64,000 nt of DNA from a virus (Duplodnaviria; Caudoviricetes), in IMG/VR virus record IMGVR_UViG_2832410175_000003, positions 64,001 through 128,000 of that record; one strand, given 5' to 3'. Each line of letters begins with the position of its first letter. Position 1 is the first letter of the stretch. Made by a program: the position numbers and the translations under genes. Below are positions 1 through 11,366 of this stretch, piece after piece. A model generated the notes under the pieces. It was not told the DNA's origin, searched no databases, and was given only the letters and a program-made list of their open reading frames with translations.

Positions 1-15
1 TTTCAAACGTAAAAT

Positions 16-3000
16 GTGAATTTGGAAGGAGAAAACATAATGAAAGTAAAGGTACCGTTCGGGTTTGATTCTGTTGGCTACATCGAAGTAGAGGCGACCA
101 ACCGTGAAGACGCATTCGCGAAGGCTCGTGATATCCTCGCGGAATCCGATCTGAGTGAATGCGTAAGCATGGCAGAACCGCTGTGGGATTCTATTGATGC
201 TGACGATGAAGGGTTGATTCTTAACGAAAACGGCGAGATCGTTATGAACTACTAAGGAAGGAGTACAAATCATGGGATATTATGCAAATGGCAGCGGTTT
301 CGCAACTCTTAAAAGAGATGCGGATATTACAGAATTAAAGGACAAACTGGATGCGCTCGATGTCCGTTTTGATTGGAACATCGACAAAGACAGTGTAGAT
401 TTCTACGAAAGCGATAAGTACTATGAAGACGAAACCATTGAGTTTCTTGACACCTTAGCACCGTATGTCGCAGAGGGTGAAGCAAATTATATCGGCGAAG
501 ATGGTTGTATTTGGCGTTTCCGCTTCGACCCAGATGAACAGGAATGGGTTGAAGAAACCGCCACGATTGACTACAACTTCGAGTCTTATACAGACGAGCA
601 GATGATCGAAGAATTGGACAGACGCAGCTATCTCGTACAGAAAAAGCCGCAGAGCAACTAAGAAAAGGAGAGTATATCATGGGAAACAGAGCAATCATCA
701 AAGGCGTCGGTACTAACATCGGCGTATATGTTCACTGGAATGGCGGGTACGATTCGGTACTCGCCTTTACTCAGTATTGCAAGCTGAAGGGTTACCGCAG
801 CCCTGAAAGCGATCCTGCATACGGTACGGCACGACTCGCACAGGTAATCGGCAACTACTTTGGCGGTAGCTGCTCGGTCGGTATTGAAAACATGAGCGGC
901 ACGACCGTTATGACGCCCGAGCTTGTCAGTGAATTATATCTTGACAATGGCGTTTACGAAATTGAAAAATGGAAAATTGTGAAGCATTGGAATCCCAATG
1001 TGATCGCTCTCGAAAACGAGTCCCATGAGGGCTACGACCTCACCGAAATGCTTTGTGCAATCGACGAATGCCAGCCGAAACAGGAGCAGCTTGGCACGGA
1101 ATTCATCACGGCTGAACTGGTAGACCCGAAAACGCTCAACCTCTATGATGAGGTTTTCATTCAGGATTTTACCGGCAAGGTTGAAAAGCATACCGTTGTA
1201 GGGTTTGCCCCGGCAAACACAAAGATGAACGGTCATTACGTAAGCAACCTGCCATTCATAGATAAATGGGGCGCTCCCGACTACGAAAACAATATAAACA
1301 ATTACCTGACGGACAAACTCGTCAGAAAAGCAAAGAAAGGGGAATAAATATGGGATTGGATATGTACTTAATGAAAGCTCCTCGACTGGACAGCGTAACA
1401 ATTCAACAGGTATGTGCTACTGAAGAATGGTTCGGCTACTGTAAACGGCCGAACGAATATAGGACTTCTTCTTTTGAAGAATGGTGCGGCGCAAGCCAAG
1501 ATGATCTTCCTTCGAAAAAAGTCATGGAATTGCTTCGTCCGTACTATGTCGAACGGTTTGCAAGTTGGGACACAAACCATGTATATCCGCATAGTGACAT
1601 TATCCAGAATGTTGGCTACTGGCGAAAAGCAAACCAGATTCACAGATGGTTCGTCGATAACGTTCAGGCCGGCGATGATGACTGCGATTATCACGAAGAA
1701 TGCACGAAAGGTATCCTTGAAGAGCTGCTGAGAACCTGCAAACGAGTGCTCAATTCTTCGAATCCTGTGTCGGAAGCGAAAAGATGGCTGCCGGTTCAGG
1801 AAGGATTTTTCTTCGGCAGCTACGAGTACGACGAGTGTTACTTCGATGACCTCCGACACACTGTCGAAGTCATTGAAAATGTTCTCGCAACCACAGATTT
1901 TGATAACGAAATGCTCTATTATGTGAGTAGCTGGTAAGAAGGAGGTGTCAAACATGACTGAATACCGCCACGAAGCAGTTGAGGTTTGCCCTCATTGCAT
2001 GGGAGAAAACACGGTGCCCGACTGGGCACCGGAAGACGGCTGGCGCACAACCTGCAAGCATTGCGGTGAACGAATTCTCTTGTGTGATGAATGCATCCAC
2101 AGGGAAGACAATCCGAGAGCGTTTTGCGATTGGGGTAATGGCCGCTGCTTCCGTGATATGGGCAACGACCCGATGGTTGAATGGTTCGAGGTTATCCGGA
2201 AGGGTGTAGGTCATGACCGCAACGCAGCTTACTGGTCAGATATCCAAGGAGAAATCCTTTGTGCAACCGAAGGGTTTGCTGAGTTGATGGCAGACCGGAT
2301 TGAAGAGCTGTACAGAAAACAGGGCGAAGAAGTGATGCTCTCTACCGGCTACTATGACCCGGAGGAAGATAAACGCAACCATGAAGAAGATGAATACACC
2401 GGTTGGTGGTATGTTGAAATCATCTAAATACGTGTTTCATAGGAAAGGAGAAATAATTATGACAGTATATGTACTTACAGTAGAAGATGAAGTTGTTGGT
2501 GTCTTCAATAAATACATGAAAGCATATGATATTGGATGTTCAAAATATAATGGAGACTTTGATATTGAAGAATTTGAAGTCGAATGACCTTACGTTGCTG
2601 TTTCCAAGAGGAGCTGAAATCTACGCTCCGGATGGGAACGAACGAGCAGAATGGAAAATTATCAACGAATCGGAGGATTCTGATGTAGAAGATCTCTGGG
2701 ACAATCTAACCGATATTCCCTTTAACCCCGAAACAGAAGAACTTGACGAACCTTATTACATCTGGCCAAAAGGAACCAACAAGGAAGATATTTGGTCTTG
2801 GTTCGATGAGCATCACAGCAAGGGCGTTGCATATCTTCTGGGATTCGCAGACTAAATAGTTAAGAGGTGAGATATTTATGACACTGATGGAAAAACTCGA
2901 AGCAGCCGGTTATCCGCGAGAAGAGATGTACCATCACGAATCTGATCTCTATGTGTTCCTCACTCCACTGACCAAGCGAGTGATTGACGAATGGTTCAAA

Positions 3001-5570
3001 GAAGAGGGTCTCACACGAAGCCTGTTCGTCAGCACATTCAGAGATCAGATTACTGGTAAGCCGATGTATGATGTTGCTTTCCAGTACACGCCAGCGTTTA
3101 ATCAAAGAATTTGATATTCAAGGAGAGTGCATAGTAATGTATTTCAAAACAGTCTGGGGCTTTAGCGGAACTGATGAGCAGAAGGATCTGCAAAAAGAAC
3201 AGCTCCGCGACGTGCTGACGAAGTTAGGCGCTGATGTAACGATAGACGATGTTGATCTCGACGGCGAAAAGGCGTTCGTGATCACCATCGAATCGTGAAG
3301 CGGGTATCTGAAAGGAGAGAAGACTATGAAAATCGAAGAAAAGATTGAGGAAATCCGCAAGCTCGTAAAGGAAATCAATTCCTACGATGATCTCCTCTTT
3401 ATGTATGAGGGCGACCGTATTGATCTTGAATGTGCAAAGTACGATTTGTGGGAGCTTCTGCAAGACTTATAAACGCAAAACAAGAGTCTCATAAGGAAGG
3501 AGAAAAATAAAATATGAAAATAAATGATAGATATGAAATTAGAGTGGTTGTAGTAGAACGGAAAGATGGAACTACTGGTGATGCATATGATAATTTCGAA
3601 GATTTCAAAAGAGAGCATCCTTTCAGTTCATATGAATTTGGATACGTAGTCTTTGATACTGAGTATGGATATGTTCCAGATAGTTGCAATGATTGGAATG
3701 ATAGTCCAGAAGAAGCAATGTTTGATTATGAGGAAAATTGTAAATGAAAGAAACGATGATTTCAAAAGTGGATTAAGAGGTGCAAAATGAGATTACCACA
3801 AGAAATATTTGCAGAAGCATTATGGGTAGAATGGTTTATTACTCACGGTAGTGTTCGTAAAAAGAAATTACCGGATTTATTAAGAAAGTATAATTTAAAA
3901 CTCAAAAAAGAGAAGACCTTAGATGATGTTATATTATCAATAGGTAGAGCTTTTAAAAATACTTCTTGTGTTTCTTCTAAGCAAAGAGAACGCATTGCAG
4001 AGGAAATAGACAAGGTTTGTATCATAGCTAACTGGGAAGATGCAGTTGCAAAATATAAGAAGTCCTGATGTATCCAACTCGCACAGATGTTAGAATTGCA
4101 AACGATTTCAGTCAAGATCGATATTCGAACGTTAGGAATAAGCAAACAAGAGTTTGGAGGTGATAAGATGGGACGAAAAAAGAAACAGCCAGAAGAGTAT
4201 CGTCTTCTGCCGGACGGTCAGATTTCGATGCGCTGCGGTGTTCCAATGCCGAGAAAATATCTCCGACCGAATCAAGAAAGGGTTGACAAGCTGGTTGCCA
4301 ATATGGTTGATTATGCAATCAAATGCCAAAACGAATATGTGATAAAAGAATTATCCGACATGATTAGGGAGCCGAATTTCGATAAGGCGATGGAGCATTT
4401 TCAGAATGTGTCTGACATGAACGCATATTTTGAAAGGCTGTTAGCTATCGTCAATCCCTCAGTGTATGAGGAAATCAGCAAAGAAAACGGCAATCCAGAC
4501 CAATAAAACGATGAACAGAGAGGAGAAAACACCATGGATGGAGCTTTCCAGAACAAATGCTTTGGCCTACCCGATGATTTTGATTGTGATAGCTGTCATT
4601 ACAACGTTGGTTTTCAAACCGGCTGGGGCGGTGTTGTAGGTCCTTGCGGACAGCAGAATTGCTGGTACTCCTGCACAGCTTGTATGTATAACAACGGCGG
4701 TGAATGCTATGCAGAAGATATAGTTGAAGACGGCGATGAATAAATACGATTGGGAGGTGACTCTACATGATCAAAAACAGATACTGCAAGCGATGCGGCC
4801 ATAAAGTCAAGCGAGAAACCACGAAGGGATTACGGAAAGAATATCCGTATTATTGCCCTTATTGCGACGAGAACATGTACAGGTTTGAGACTGTGAAACA
4901 TCGTTCTGAGAAGACGAATGGAGTGGAAATCAGAGTTTAAGATTTTCACAACAGCATAAAGCGAATGTTTGGATAAAATTCGTTTCCGGAATATATATAT
5001 AGAGAGAAAGAAACAAATAAAGGAGAAAAAAGATATGAAGGATGAGCTTTGGCAGTATATTTTGGATAATTTTACAATTGATAATGATGGAAGAAAGATA
5101 ATCTGCAATATCCTTGACTGGATTTGGCTTCAGTCGATTGATAAAGAAGATACAGTTAATACATTACTGATCCTTTTAGATGGAATTGGTATCGAAAAGG
5201 AAGAGATTGAGAAATTTGTTAACTGGGATTAAGCAATAAAGTGCGTATTGGGCATGAAAACGATGTTTAGGAGGTAATTATGAATTACATTGCATTACAA
5301 AAAGCTCAGGAAGAGCTCAATCTCACGCCAGCAGAAAAGGAACGCTACGACACTCTGACTGCAATGCACCATCTCGTAATGTGCATGAACGATGAAACTG
5401 CATACATGACGTGGATTTGGTCAGTTCCAGATGAAGCAAGCGCATATGACCTTGCCGATATTGCTAAGGAAAAGGACGAGTTTGACGGTGTCGTAAGACT
5501 TTTCAAAAAGCTCTGGAAGAAATACGCCGCAAGCGATTCCGGTTTATGCATCGGAAGAACAACCTATTAA
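16..5570 (+). other. Array of ~18 small hypothetical phage ORFs (e.g. 272-661, 679-1347, 1350-1937, 1954-2427, 2878-3114, 3514-3747, 3787-4068, 4168-4506, 4534-4743, 5035-5232, 5280-5570)
   Basis: Tightly packed + strand ORFs, mostly preceded by AGGAG/GGAGG RBS; no recognisable domains. Confidence 0.8.
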
Positions 5571-5597
5571 AATTGAATCCGTATAAAATAATGACAC

Positions 5598-5625
5598 AAG
5601 CAGGAGCCAACAGCTCCTGCTTTTT
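5598..5625 (+). terminator. Rho-independent terminator
   Basis: AAGCAGGAGC-caaca-GCTCCTGCTT followed by T-run. Confidence 0.75.
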
Positions 5626-5649
5626 ATATCCAAATAGGAGGTATACATC

Positions 5650-6345
5650 ATGAATAATAACATCAAGGAAAAAATCGCAAAGCTCCTCGCACTGGCAGAG
5701 TCCCCGAATGAAAACGAAGCGAAAGCCGCTCTTCTCAAGGCTCGCGCCCTCATGGCTCAGCATAAGCTCCGTCCGGAAGAGTGCACCGGCAAAAAAGAAA
5801 AGGTCGTGACCAAGGTTCTTGCCGATATCAAGTGCACGACCATGACCGACTTCTGGATTTACAAGCTGAGCGACGTGATCGCCAAGCATTATTGCTGCAA
5901 GAATTACTGCCGCAAACCGCCGCGCAGCAAGGCACTCACGATTATTTTGATGGGTCTTGAAAGCGATATTGAAATCGCCGAGCGCATCCTCCGCTACGCA
6001 ATTGACTGCGTCAAGAGGGAACAGCGCACCATTCATCACACGAGAAAGTGGCAGGGTTACAGCGCAACCGATATCCGCCTTGCCTGCAACGCTTACGGCG
6101 ACGGCTTCGTTGCCGGTCTCGATCAGGAATACCAGAAGCAGGACGCCGAGCATCAGGAGTGGGGACTGGTCATGATGACGCCGAAGGATGTGCAGGACGC
6201 CTATGGCAATCTCAGCATGAAAACGAGCACGTCTCATGCAAGAACCGCCGGAGCCTGGGCGAATAAGTACCGCGATCAGGGTGTAGAGCACGGACGTTCT
6301 TTCAAACCTGACCAGCGCCTTCACAATACCGCAATCGCAAGATAA
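5650..6345 (+). CDS. DUF2786-domain protein
   Basis: N-terminal IKEKIAKLLALAESPNENEAKAALLKARALM is typical of DUF2786. Confidence 0.75.
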   Translation: MNNNIKEKIAKLLALAESPNENEAKAALLKARALMAQHKLRPEECTGKKEKVVTKVLADIKCTTMTDFWIYKLSDVIAKHYCCKNYCRKPPRSKALTIILMGLESDIEIAERILRYAIDCVKREQRTIHHTRKWQGYSATDIRLACNAYGDGFVAGLDQEYQKQDAEHQEWGLVMMTPKDVQDAYGNLSMKTSTSHARTAGAWANKYRDQGVEHGRSFKPDQRLHNTAIAR

Positions 6346-6357
6346 GGAGGAATCGTT

Positions 6358-6855
6358 ATGATTGTATTCGCAGTATCTCAGCTTCGCAGTTATTACGACT
6401 GCGGAGAACGATATTTTGGCACCGAAGGTATTTTTCTTACTTACAAGGAAGCAAAGGAATTTATCAAGCAGGAGATTGACGATATCATCTCCGGTTCTAA
6501 CATAGACGACCATGAGACATTCTTCGGCTCGGACGACGAATTCGAGGACGAGGTGTCTTTGACTGATAATTCCATCTCGAGTTTCGGTCACAAGTTTCAA
6601 TGGGATATTTCGCCTGTTACATTGAAAAAATCTGTGAAACAGAAGGTTTTCGAAACCATCCAGCACGAAAACGATATTGAAGATATCAAAAATACTATCG
6701 AGGTCGAAGACGATCTGATCTACGACCATATCCGCGATATTTCGATTGACACCATGAACCGTATGGCATACCTCAAACGCGAGAAGGAAGACAACGGCAT
6801 GGCGTGGAACGATGCCGCATCCGCAGCATTCCATGAAGTAATCAACCAGCAGTAA
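6358..6855 (+). CDS. Hypothetical protein
   Basis: AAGGAGG RBS, 165 aa ORF. Confidence 0.7.
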   Translation: MIVFAVSQLRSYYDCGERYFGTEGIFLTYKEAKEFIKQEIDDIISGSNIDDHETFFGSDDEFEDEVSLTDNSISSFGHKFQWDISPVTLKKSVKQKVFETIQHENDIEDIKNTIEVEDDLIYDHIRDISIDTMNRMAYLKREKEDNGMAWNDAASAAFHEVINQQ

Positions 6856-6873
6856 ATAAGGAGTGTATACATT

Positions 6874-7485
6874 ATGACTATCAATACCAATATTAAGATC
6901 AGCCCGGGCAATTCCAAGATGGGAGCAATCCCGTCCGTCAGCCTGCCGGCCATTAAGACCTGCCGCGACTGCAAATGCAAAGAGAAGTGCTACGCAGCTA
7001 AGCTGGAGCGTCTGAGACCGACCGTAAGAAACGCCTACCAGCATAACCTCAAGGTGCTCCAGAGCGACCCTGAGACGTTCTGGAGAGAAGTAGAGGCAAC
7101 CGTAATGCTTAACCGGTACTTTCGGTTCCACGTCAGCGGCGACATTCCGAGCAAGGATTATCTGCTCCGCATGATCGGTATCGCCGAGCGCAATCGGCAT
7201 TGCGAAATCCTGTGCTTCACCAAGCGATATGATTTTGTAAACGCTGTCTTGAGTGACGGCAAGCATATCCCCGACAATTTACATCTTATTCTTTCCGGCT
7301 GGGTTGACCTTGAAATGGTCAATCCTTTTTCTTTACCCGAAGCGCACGTTCGCTTCAAGGATGGCACGACGACCGCAAGAGCAGATGCAAAGCCGTGCAA
7401 CGGCAACTGTGCCGAGTGTGCAATGACTGACACCGGCTGTTGGACGCTGAAGCGCGGCGAGCAGGTTGTGTTCAACGAACATTAA
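6874..7485 (+). CDS. Phage gp88-like Cys-rich protein
   Basis: GNSKMG, TC..C.C..KCYA, FRFHVSGD, FTKR and C-terminal CxxxCxxC motifs. Confidence 0.65.
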   Translation: MTINTNIKISPGNSKMGAIPSVSLPAIKTCRDCKCKEKCYAAKLERLRPTVRNAYQHNLKVLQSDPETFWREVEATVMLNRYFRFHVSGDIPSKDYLLRMIGIAERNRHCEILCFTKRYDFVNAVLSDGKHIPDNLHLILSGWVDLEMVNPFSLPEAHVRFKDGTTTARADAKPCNGNCAECAMTDTGCWTLKRGEQVVFNEH

Positions 7486-7825
7486 AACGACCGAACGAAA
7501 ACAACAAATCCGACCGATTGGAGGAATCAAAATGAAAAAAATCTATGTTCTGCGCTACTGGTACGATAATGAAGATAATTCTGGCGGCGAAGTAATCGCC
7601 GCCAGTGAGAATCTGCACACGCTGAACAGCATTATGCGTGACAGCGTAAAGCGCAGCGGTGTTCTGGATGAGGAGGAAATCGAGTGGGACGAGGACGAAA
7701 CCGAGTTCCTGACCGACGATCCCAACCAGATGTATGTCTGTTACTCTTTTTATTGCAGTCCCTGCAATTACGCAAAAACCGTGTGGGAAATCACCGAAAC
7801 CGAAGTGAAATAAGGAGGGAAAGAC

Positions 7826-8356
7826 ATGAAAAAGATTTACAAATGCACCGAGTGCGGCAAGCCGTTCACGCTTGACGATTGTGAGCTTCCCGAGCCGCGC
7901 ACCATCAACAATGACACAAAGCACGAAAGAATTGTCTGCGACACTTGTTTTGATAATATGTGGGACAACGATGACCTCACTCATTGTGATAACTGCGGAA
8001 TCTGGTTTGAGAACAAGCTCATTCATGAGGAAATCATCAGCGACCATTGTTTCGCTCCGTGTCCGAAGTGTGACCGCGATATCATCGACGGCATGACTCG
8101 AGAAGAGCTCCTCGACGAAGAGAACCCGAGCTTCGCAGCCACTTTTGCCTACGATGACGGCGACAATGCCACTTATCTCTTCCCGACGGAAGAAAAGCGC
8201 ATCGTGTTTATCGACCAGAGGATCAGAGACCTCAAGGAGGACGGCACCTATCTCGGTTCGGCCAGCATCCATCCCGATGCACTCGTTGTCATCACCGAGG
8301 ATGCAAACAGGAAAAAGCACCGTATGCAGATCATTAAGAGCAACATTTATCGATAA
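7826..8356 (+). CDS. Zinc-finger protein
   Basis: Four CxxC pairs. Confidence 0.65.
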   Translation: MKKIYKCTECGKPFTLDDCELPEPRTINNDTKHERIVCDTCFDNMWDNDDLTHCDNCGIWFENKLIHEEIISDHCFAPCPKCDRDIIDGMTREELLDEENPSFAATFAYDDGDNATYLFPTEEKRIVFIDQRIRDLKEDGTYLGSASIHPDALVVITEDANRKKHRMQIIKSNIYR

Positions 8357-8367
8357 GGAGAATATTT

Positions 8368-8769
8368 ATGAACGACAGAGACATTCGCCGCGGCGACATT
8401 TTTTACATCAAGAATGACGACAACGCAGTAGGCTTCGAGCAGAAGAAAACCCGACCGGCAATCATTGTATCCAATAACGCCAACAATCGCGCTTCCGGCG
8501 TGGTAGAGATCGTGTATCTTACCACATCGCAAAAGCATCGTCCGCTTCCGACTCACATTCGAGTTCGCGGTTACGTTCCGTCCATTGCTCTCTGTGAGCA
8601 GGTTGTGACGGTCGATGTGAGCCGCCTGATGGAGCGAATCGGCTCCTGCAGCTACGATGAAATGGAGGCGGTCAATTGCGGACTGGCGGTTTCGCTTGGG
8701 TTAAAGAGTGTAAATAGTTACTCGTATCAGCAGGTTAGAAGTGAAAAGCCGTGGTTATTTGCCAAATAA
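8368..8769 (+). CDS. PemK/MazF-family endoribonuclease (orphan)
   Basis: RRGDIF, EQKKTRPAIIVSN, LTT, CEQVVTVD motifs. Confidence 0.85.
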   Translation: MNDRDIRRGDIFYIKNDDNAVGFEQKKTRPAIIVSNNANNRASGVVEIVYLTTSQKHRPLPTHIRVRGYVPSIALCEQVVTVDVSRLMERIGSCSYDEMEAVNCGLAVSLGLKSVNSYSYQQVRSEKPWLFAK

Positions 8770-8796
8770 ATTGTTCACAAATTATTAACAGGTTTC

Positions 8797-8828
8797 CGCG
8801 TCCTTTTTTCGGGTCAGACGTATAGTAG
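8797..8828 (+). promoter_or_regulatory. Phage promoter-like motif CGCGTCC-N16-GTATAGTAG (copy 1)
   Basis: Same bipartite motif and spacing as at 13832 and 31541; upstream of repA. Confidence 0.55.
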
Positions 8829-8862
8829 ATAGTATAGGGAAAAAACTCGGAGGACAAAGAAA

Positions 8863-9831
8863 ATGAAAGAAAATACCAATCGAGTGAGCGACTTTCCGTT
8901 CATTCGCTTTCCGGCAGCACTGGTCAAGCTGCCCTGTTTTAAATCACTTTCCGCTGATGCCAAGCTCCTATACGCATTAATTGTAGACCGGTTCAATCTC
9001 TCTATCGCGAATAAATGGCGAGATGAAAACGGTACGCCGTATGTCTATTTTTCCATTGACTCAGTGATGGAAAGCATTGGCTGTGCAAAGGCAAAAGCGG
9101 TCAAGCTGATGGATACGCTCGAAGATTGGGGTCTCATTCGCAGAGCAAAACAAGGGCTCGGCAAGCCGAATCGTATCTATGTTCTCGACCCGGCCTTGCT
9201 CGACCAGTTCGAAAACCGAACCACTTTATCCACAAGCTCATCCACAGACCAGTTCGATTCTGATACCAGTTCGGAAATCAAACCGGTCGGAAATCAAACC
9301 ACTTTACCCACAGACCAGTTTGATTCTGAAACTACTTTATCCACAGACCAGTTCGATAATCAAACCAGTTCAGACCAGTTCGATTTTGAGACTAGTTCGA
9401 TTATCAAACCCAAGAAGTTTGATTTTCAAACCCCAGAAGTTTGGAAATCGAACCCTAATCAGACTAAGTATAATCAGACTAAGTCTAATCAGACTGAAAG
9501 GGAAGAGAGAGAAACGAAAGTCCCGGCTCTGGTCAGCGGCGTTATGAACCAGAATGCAAAGGAAATTCTTTGCAGAAGTTTTGACGAAGCCTTAGTGAAA
9601 CGGACAACCAGTCTGCTCTATGAACTCGTTGCAACACCAAGCCAACACGTTCGCATTGATAACACACTGACAAGCGGCTACGCTCTCAGCCAGCAGTTGG
9701 CTAATATCAGCGTAGAGCAAATCCAGTCGGCGCTGAATAACTTCACAGCAAGAACATTTCCTGTAGCAGAGGAACGAGATTACTTACTGACAGCATTGTA
9801 TGACGCAAGCAAGAATAACAGAACAGCATAG
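8863..9831 (+). CDS. Replication initiator, RepA N-terminal family
   Basis: FIRFPAAL..LSADAKLLYALIVDRFNLS..W.DENG..Y...GLIRR..QGLGKPNRIY matches Firmicutes RepA_N; low-complexity repeat middle. Confidence 0.85.
   Translation: MKENTNRVSDFPFIRFPAALVKLPCFKSLSADAKLLYALIVDRFNLSIANKWRDENGTPYVYFSIDSVMESIGCAKAKAVKLMDTLEDWGLIRRAKQGLGKPNRIYVLDPALLDQFENRTTLSTSSSTDQFDSDTSSEIKPVGNQTTLPTDQFDSETTLSTDQFDNQTSSDQFDFETSSIIKPKKFDFQTPEVWKSNPNQTKYNQTKSNQTEREERETKVPALVSGVMNQNAKEILCRSFDEALVKRTTSLLYELVATPSQHVRIDNTLTSGYALSQQLANISVEQIQSALNNFTARTFPVAEERDYLLTALYDASKNNRTA
9200..9496 (+). repeat. Iteron-like repeats and DnaA boxes inside repA (putative origin)
   Basis: Repeated GACCAGTTCGA/ATCAAACC units; TTATCCACA at 9226-9234 and 9337-9345, 1-mismatch boxes at 9238-9246 and 9304-9312; 3x TAATCAGACT near 9457-9496. 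Confidence 0.7.
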
Positions 9832-9842
9832 GAGAATGACAC

Positions 9843-10076
9843 ATGAACAAGATGAATCGCAAGCAGCTCAGTGACCTGATCAGCCGTATCGAAACCATCC
9901 ACGAGGAACTGGATGAAATCAAGGACGGTGAGGAAGAGAAGTTCGATAACATGCCGGAGAATCTGCAGGACAGCGAGAAGGGCGAAGCACTTTCCGAGAT
10001 CATCGACTTCCTCGATTCCGCATCGGAGAGTCTGAACGAATGCGTCGAGAGCATTCAGAGCGCAATCGACAACTGA
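9843..10076 (+). CDS. Small acidic coiled-coil phage protein
   Basis: DNMPENLQDSEKGE motif; RBS AGGAG. Confidence 0.7.
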   Translation: MNKMNRKQLSDLISRIETIHEELDEIKDGEEEKFDNMPENLQDSEKGEALSEIIDFLDSASESLNECVESIQSAIDN

Positions 10077-10106
10077 CACATAAGCAGCGAAAGGAGATTA
10101 CACAAT

Positions 10107-10934
10107 ATGGCAGCGGAAGTAATTAAACTTTATCAGGACGAGAACGTAGAGCCGTTGCAGAACATGACGAGGTATGCAGCGATTGACTACAATCTCCTTG
10201 CCTCCGCTCTGGCTGACGAAATGGAGCGCCGCCAGAAGGCAGAGCAGGCTCAGAAGAAAGCCGCCAGAGCAGAAGCCTCGGTCAAGCGCCGTACAACAGT
10301 CGGCGCGAACGGTACGGTCGATCCCATCCGCAACAAAGAAGACATCCTCAAGATTGCACAGTATTTCTACGACAAAGGTCAGCTTCGCAACGCACTGATG
10401 TTTCTCATTGGATGCAGTATAGGTTTACGATGTGGAGATCTCTGTAAGGCTAAAATCGGGGATATTGCAGAAGACGGTAAATGCCGCTTAAAAGAAGAAA
10501 AAACCGGTAAGTACAGGACAGTAGTGCTTAACAATTTTGCAATGCAGTGCTACCGTGAATTAGTGGCTTCGATTCCAAATCACACGAATGAAACACCACT
10601 GTTTATCTCTCAAAAAGGGGAAAATCAGAGTATTGAGCGCGGCTCGTTCGGCCGTATCCTCCGAAATGCCGGCAAGGATTTGAATCTCCCGTACAAGCTC
10701 GGCACGCATAGCATGAGAAAAACGTTCGGTTATCACCTGTTCATGGATAACCAGCAGTCGCCGGAGATTCTGGCGTATGTGCAAGAGATACTCAATCATA
10801 CAAGTGGGAGGACAACGCTTCGTTACATCGGTCTGGACGAAGAAAAGAAAAACAAGCTGTACGAGAACCTCGACTACGGCTTCACACTGGATGATATCAA
10901 AGGCAAAGACATTACAGAGAACGAGGAGAAGTGA
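10107..10934 (+). CDS. Tyrosine recombinase (phage integrase family), catalytic residues intact
   Basis: GLRCGDL, EEKTGK, HSMRKTF, LNH...TLRY. Confidence 0.9.
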   Translation: MAAEVIKLYQDENVEPLQNMTRYAAIDYNLLASALADEMERRQKAEQAQKKAARAEASVKRRTTVGANGTVDPIRNKEDILKIAQYFYDKGQLRNALMFLIGCSIGLRCGDLCKAKIGDIAEDGKCRLKEEKTGKYRTVVLNNFAMQCYRELVASIPNHTNETPLFISQKGENQSIERGSFGRILRNAGKDLNLPYKLGTHSMRKTFGYHLFMDNQQSPEILAYVQEILNHTSGRTTLRYIGLDEEKKNKLYENLDYGFTLDDIKGKDITENEEK

Positions 10935-11323
10935 GCGCAATGGCAAAAAAGCGAGTACCCGAGCGCGGCTCTGAAGAAGAGCGCCGCTATTATCTCACGA
11001 AAGAAGGTCTCAAAGATTTCGACAGCTACAAGGAATTCGATTGGCGTCGGGCGTTGGAGCTTTTGTTCGAGGATGCGCCTGACGTAAACTGGCAGAATTG
11101 CAGCGCAAACGACTTCAAGGAGCTCCGTGACAAAGGAGTGATCACTGAGGAAGAGTGCGATATGGCGCTTAGCATTGGTTCCAGAATGCTTTCGCAGGCA
11201 CTTCATTTCCCGGAAACGCCGCTTCACGAAAAAATTCTGATTGTGCTGTTCGGAGGCCCATGGTCGATTTACCTTTGGGTGTTCATTGCGGCCTTCGTGA
11301 TTCATTGTATACTTTTGGGCTGA
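10931..11323 (+). CDS. Membrane-anchored hypothetical protein (paralog A)
   Basis: C-terminal hydrophobic segment; clear similarity to 11367-11759. Confidence 0.75.
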   Translation: MSAMAKKRVPERGSEEERRYYLTKEGLKDFDSYKEFDWRRALELLFEDAPDVNWQNCSANDFKELRDKGVITEEECDMALSIGSRMLSQALHFPETPLHEKILIVLFGGPWSIYLWVFIAAFVIHCILLG

Positions 11324-11366
11324 ATAATTACGATAATGACAGATTTACGATAAGGAGATAATTTTT

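Noticed and set aside
5503-7266. 587-aa ORF on the - strand
   Set aside because: Shadow spanning three well-supported + strand genes
9200-9496. CRISPR-like repeats
   Set aside because: Irregular, in-frame within repA, no unique spacers; better explained as iterons. No CRISPR array was seen in the window
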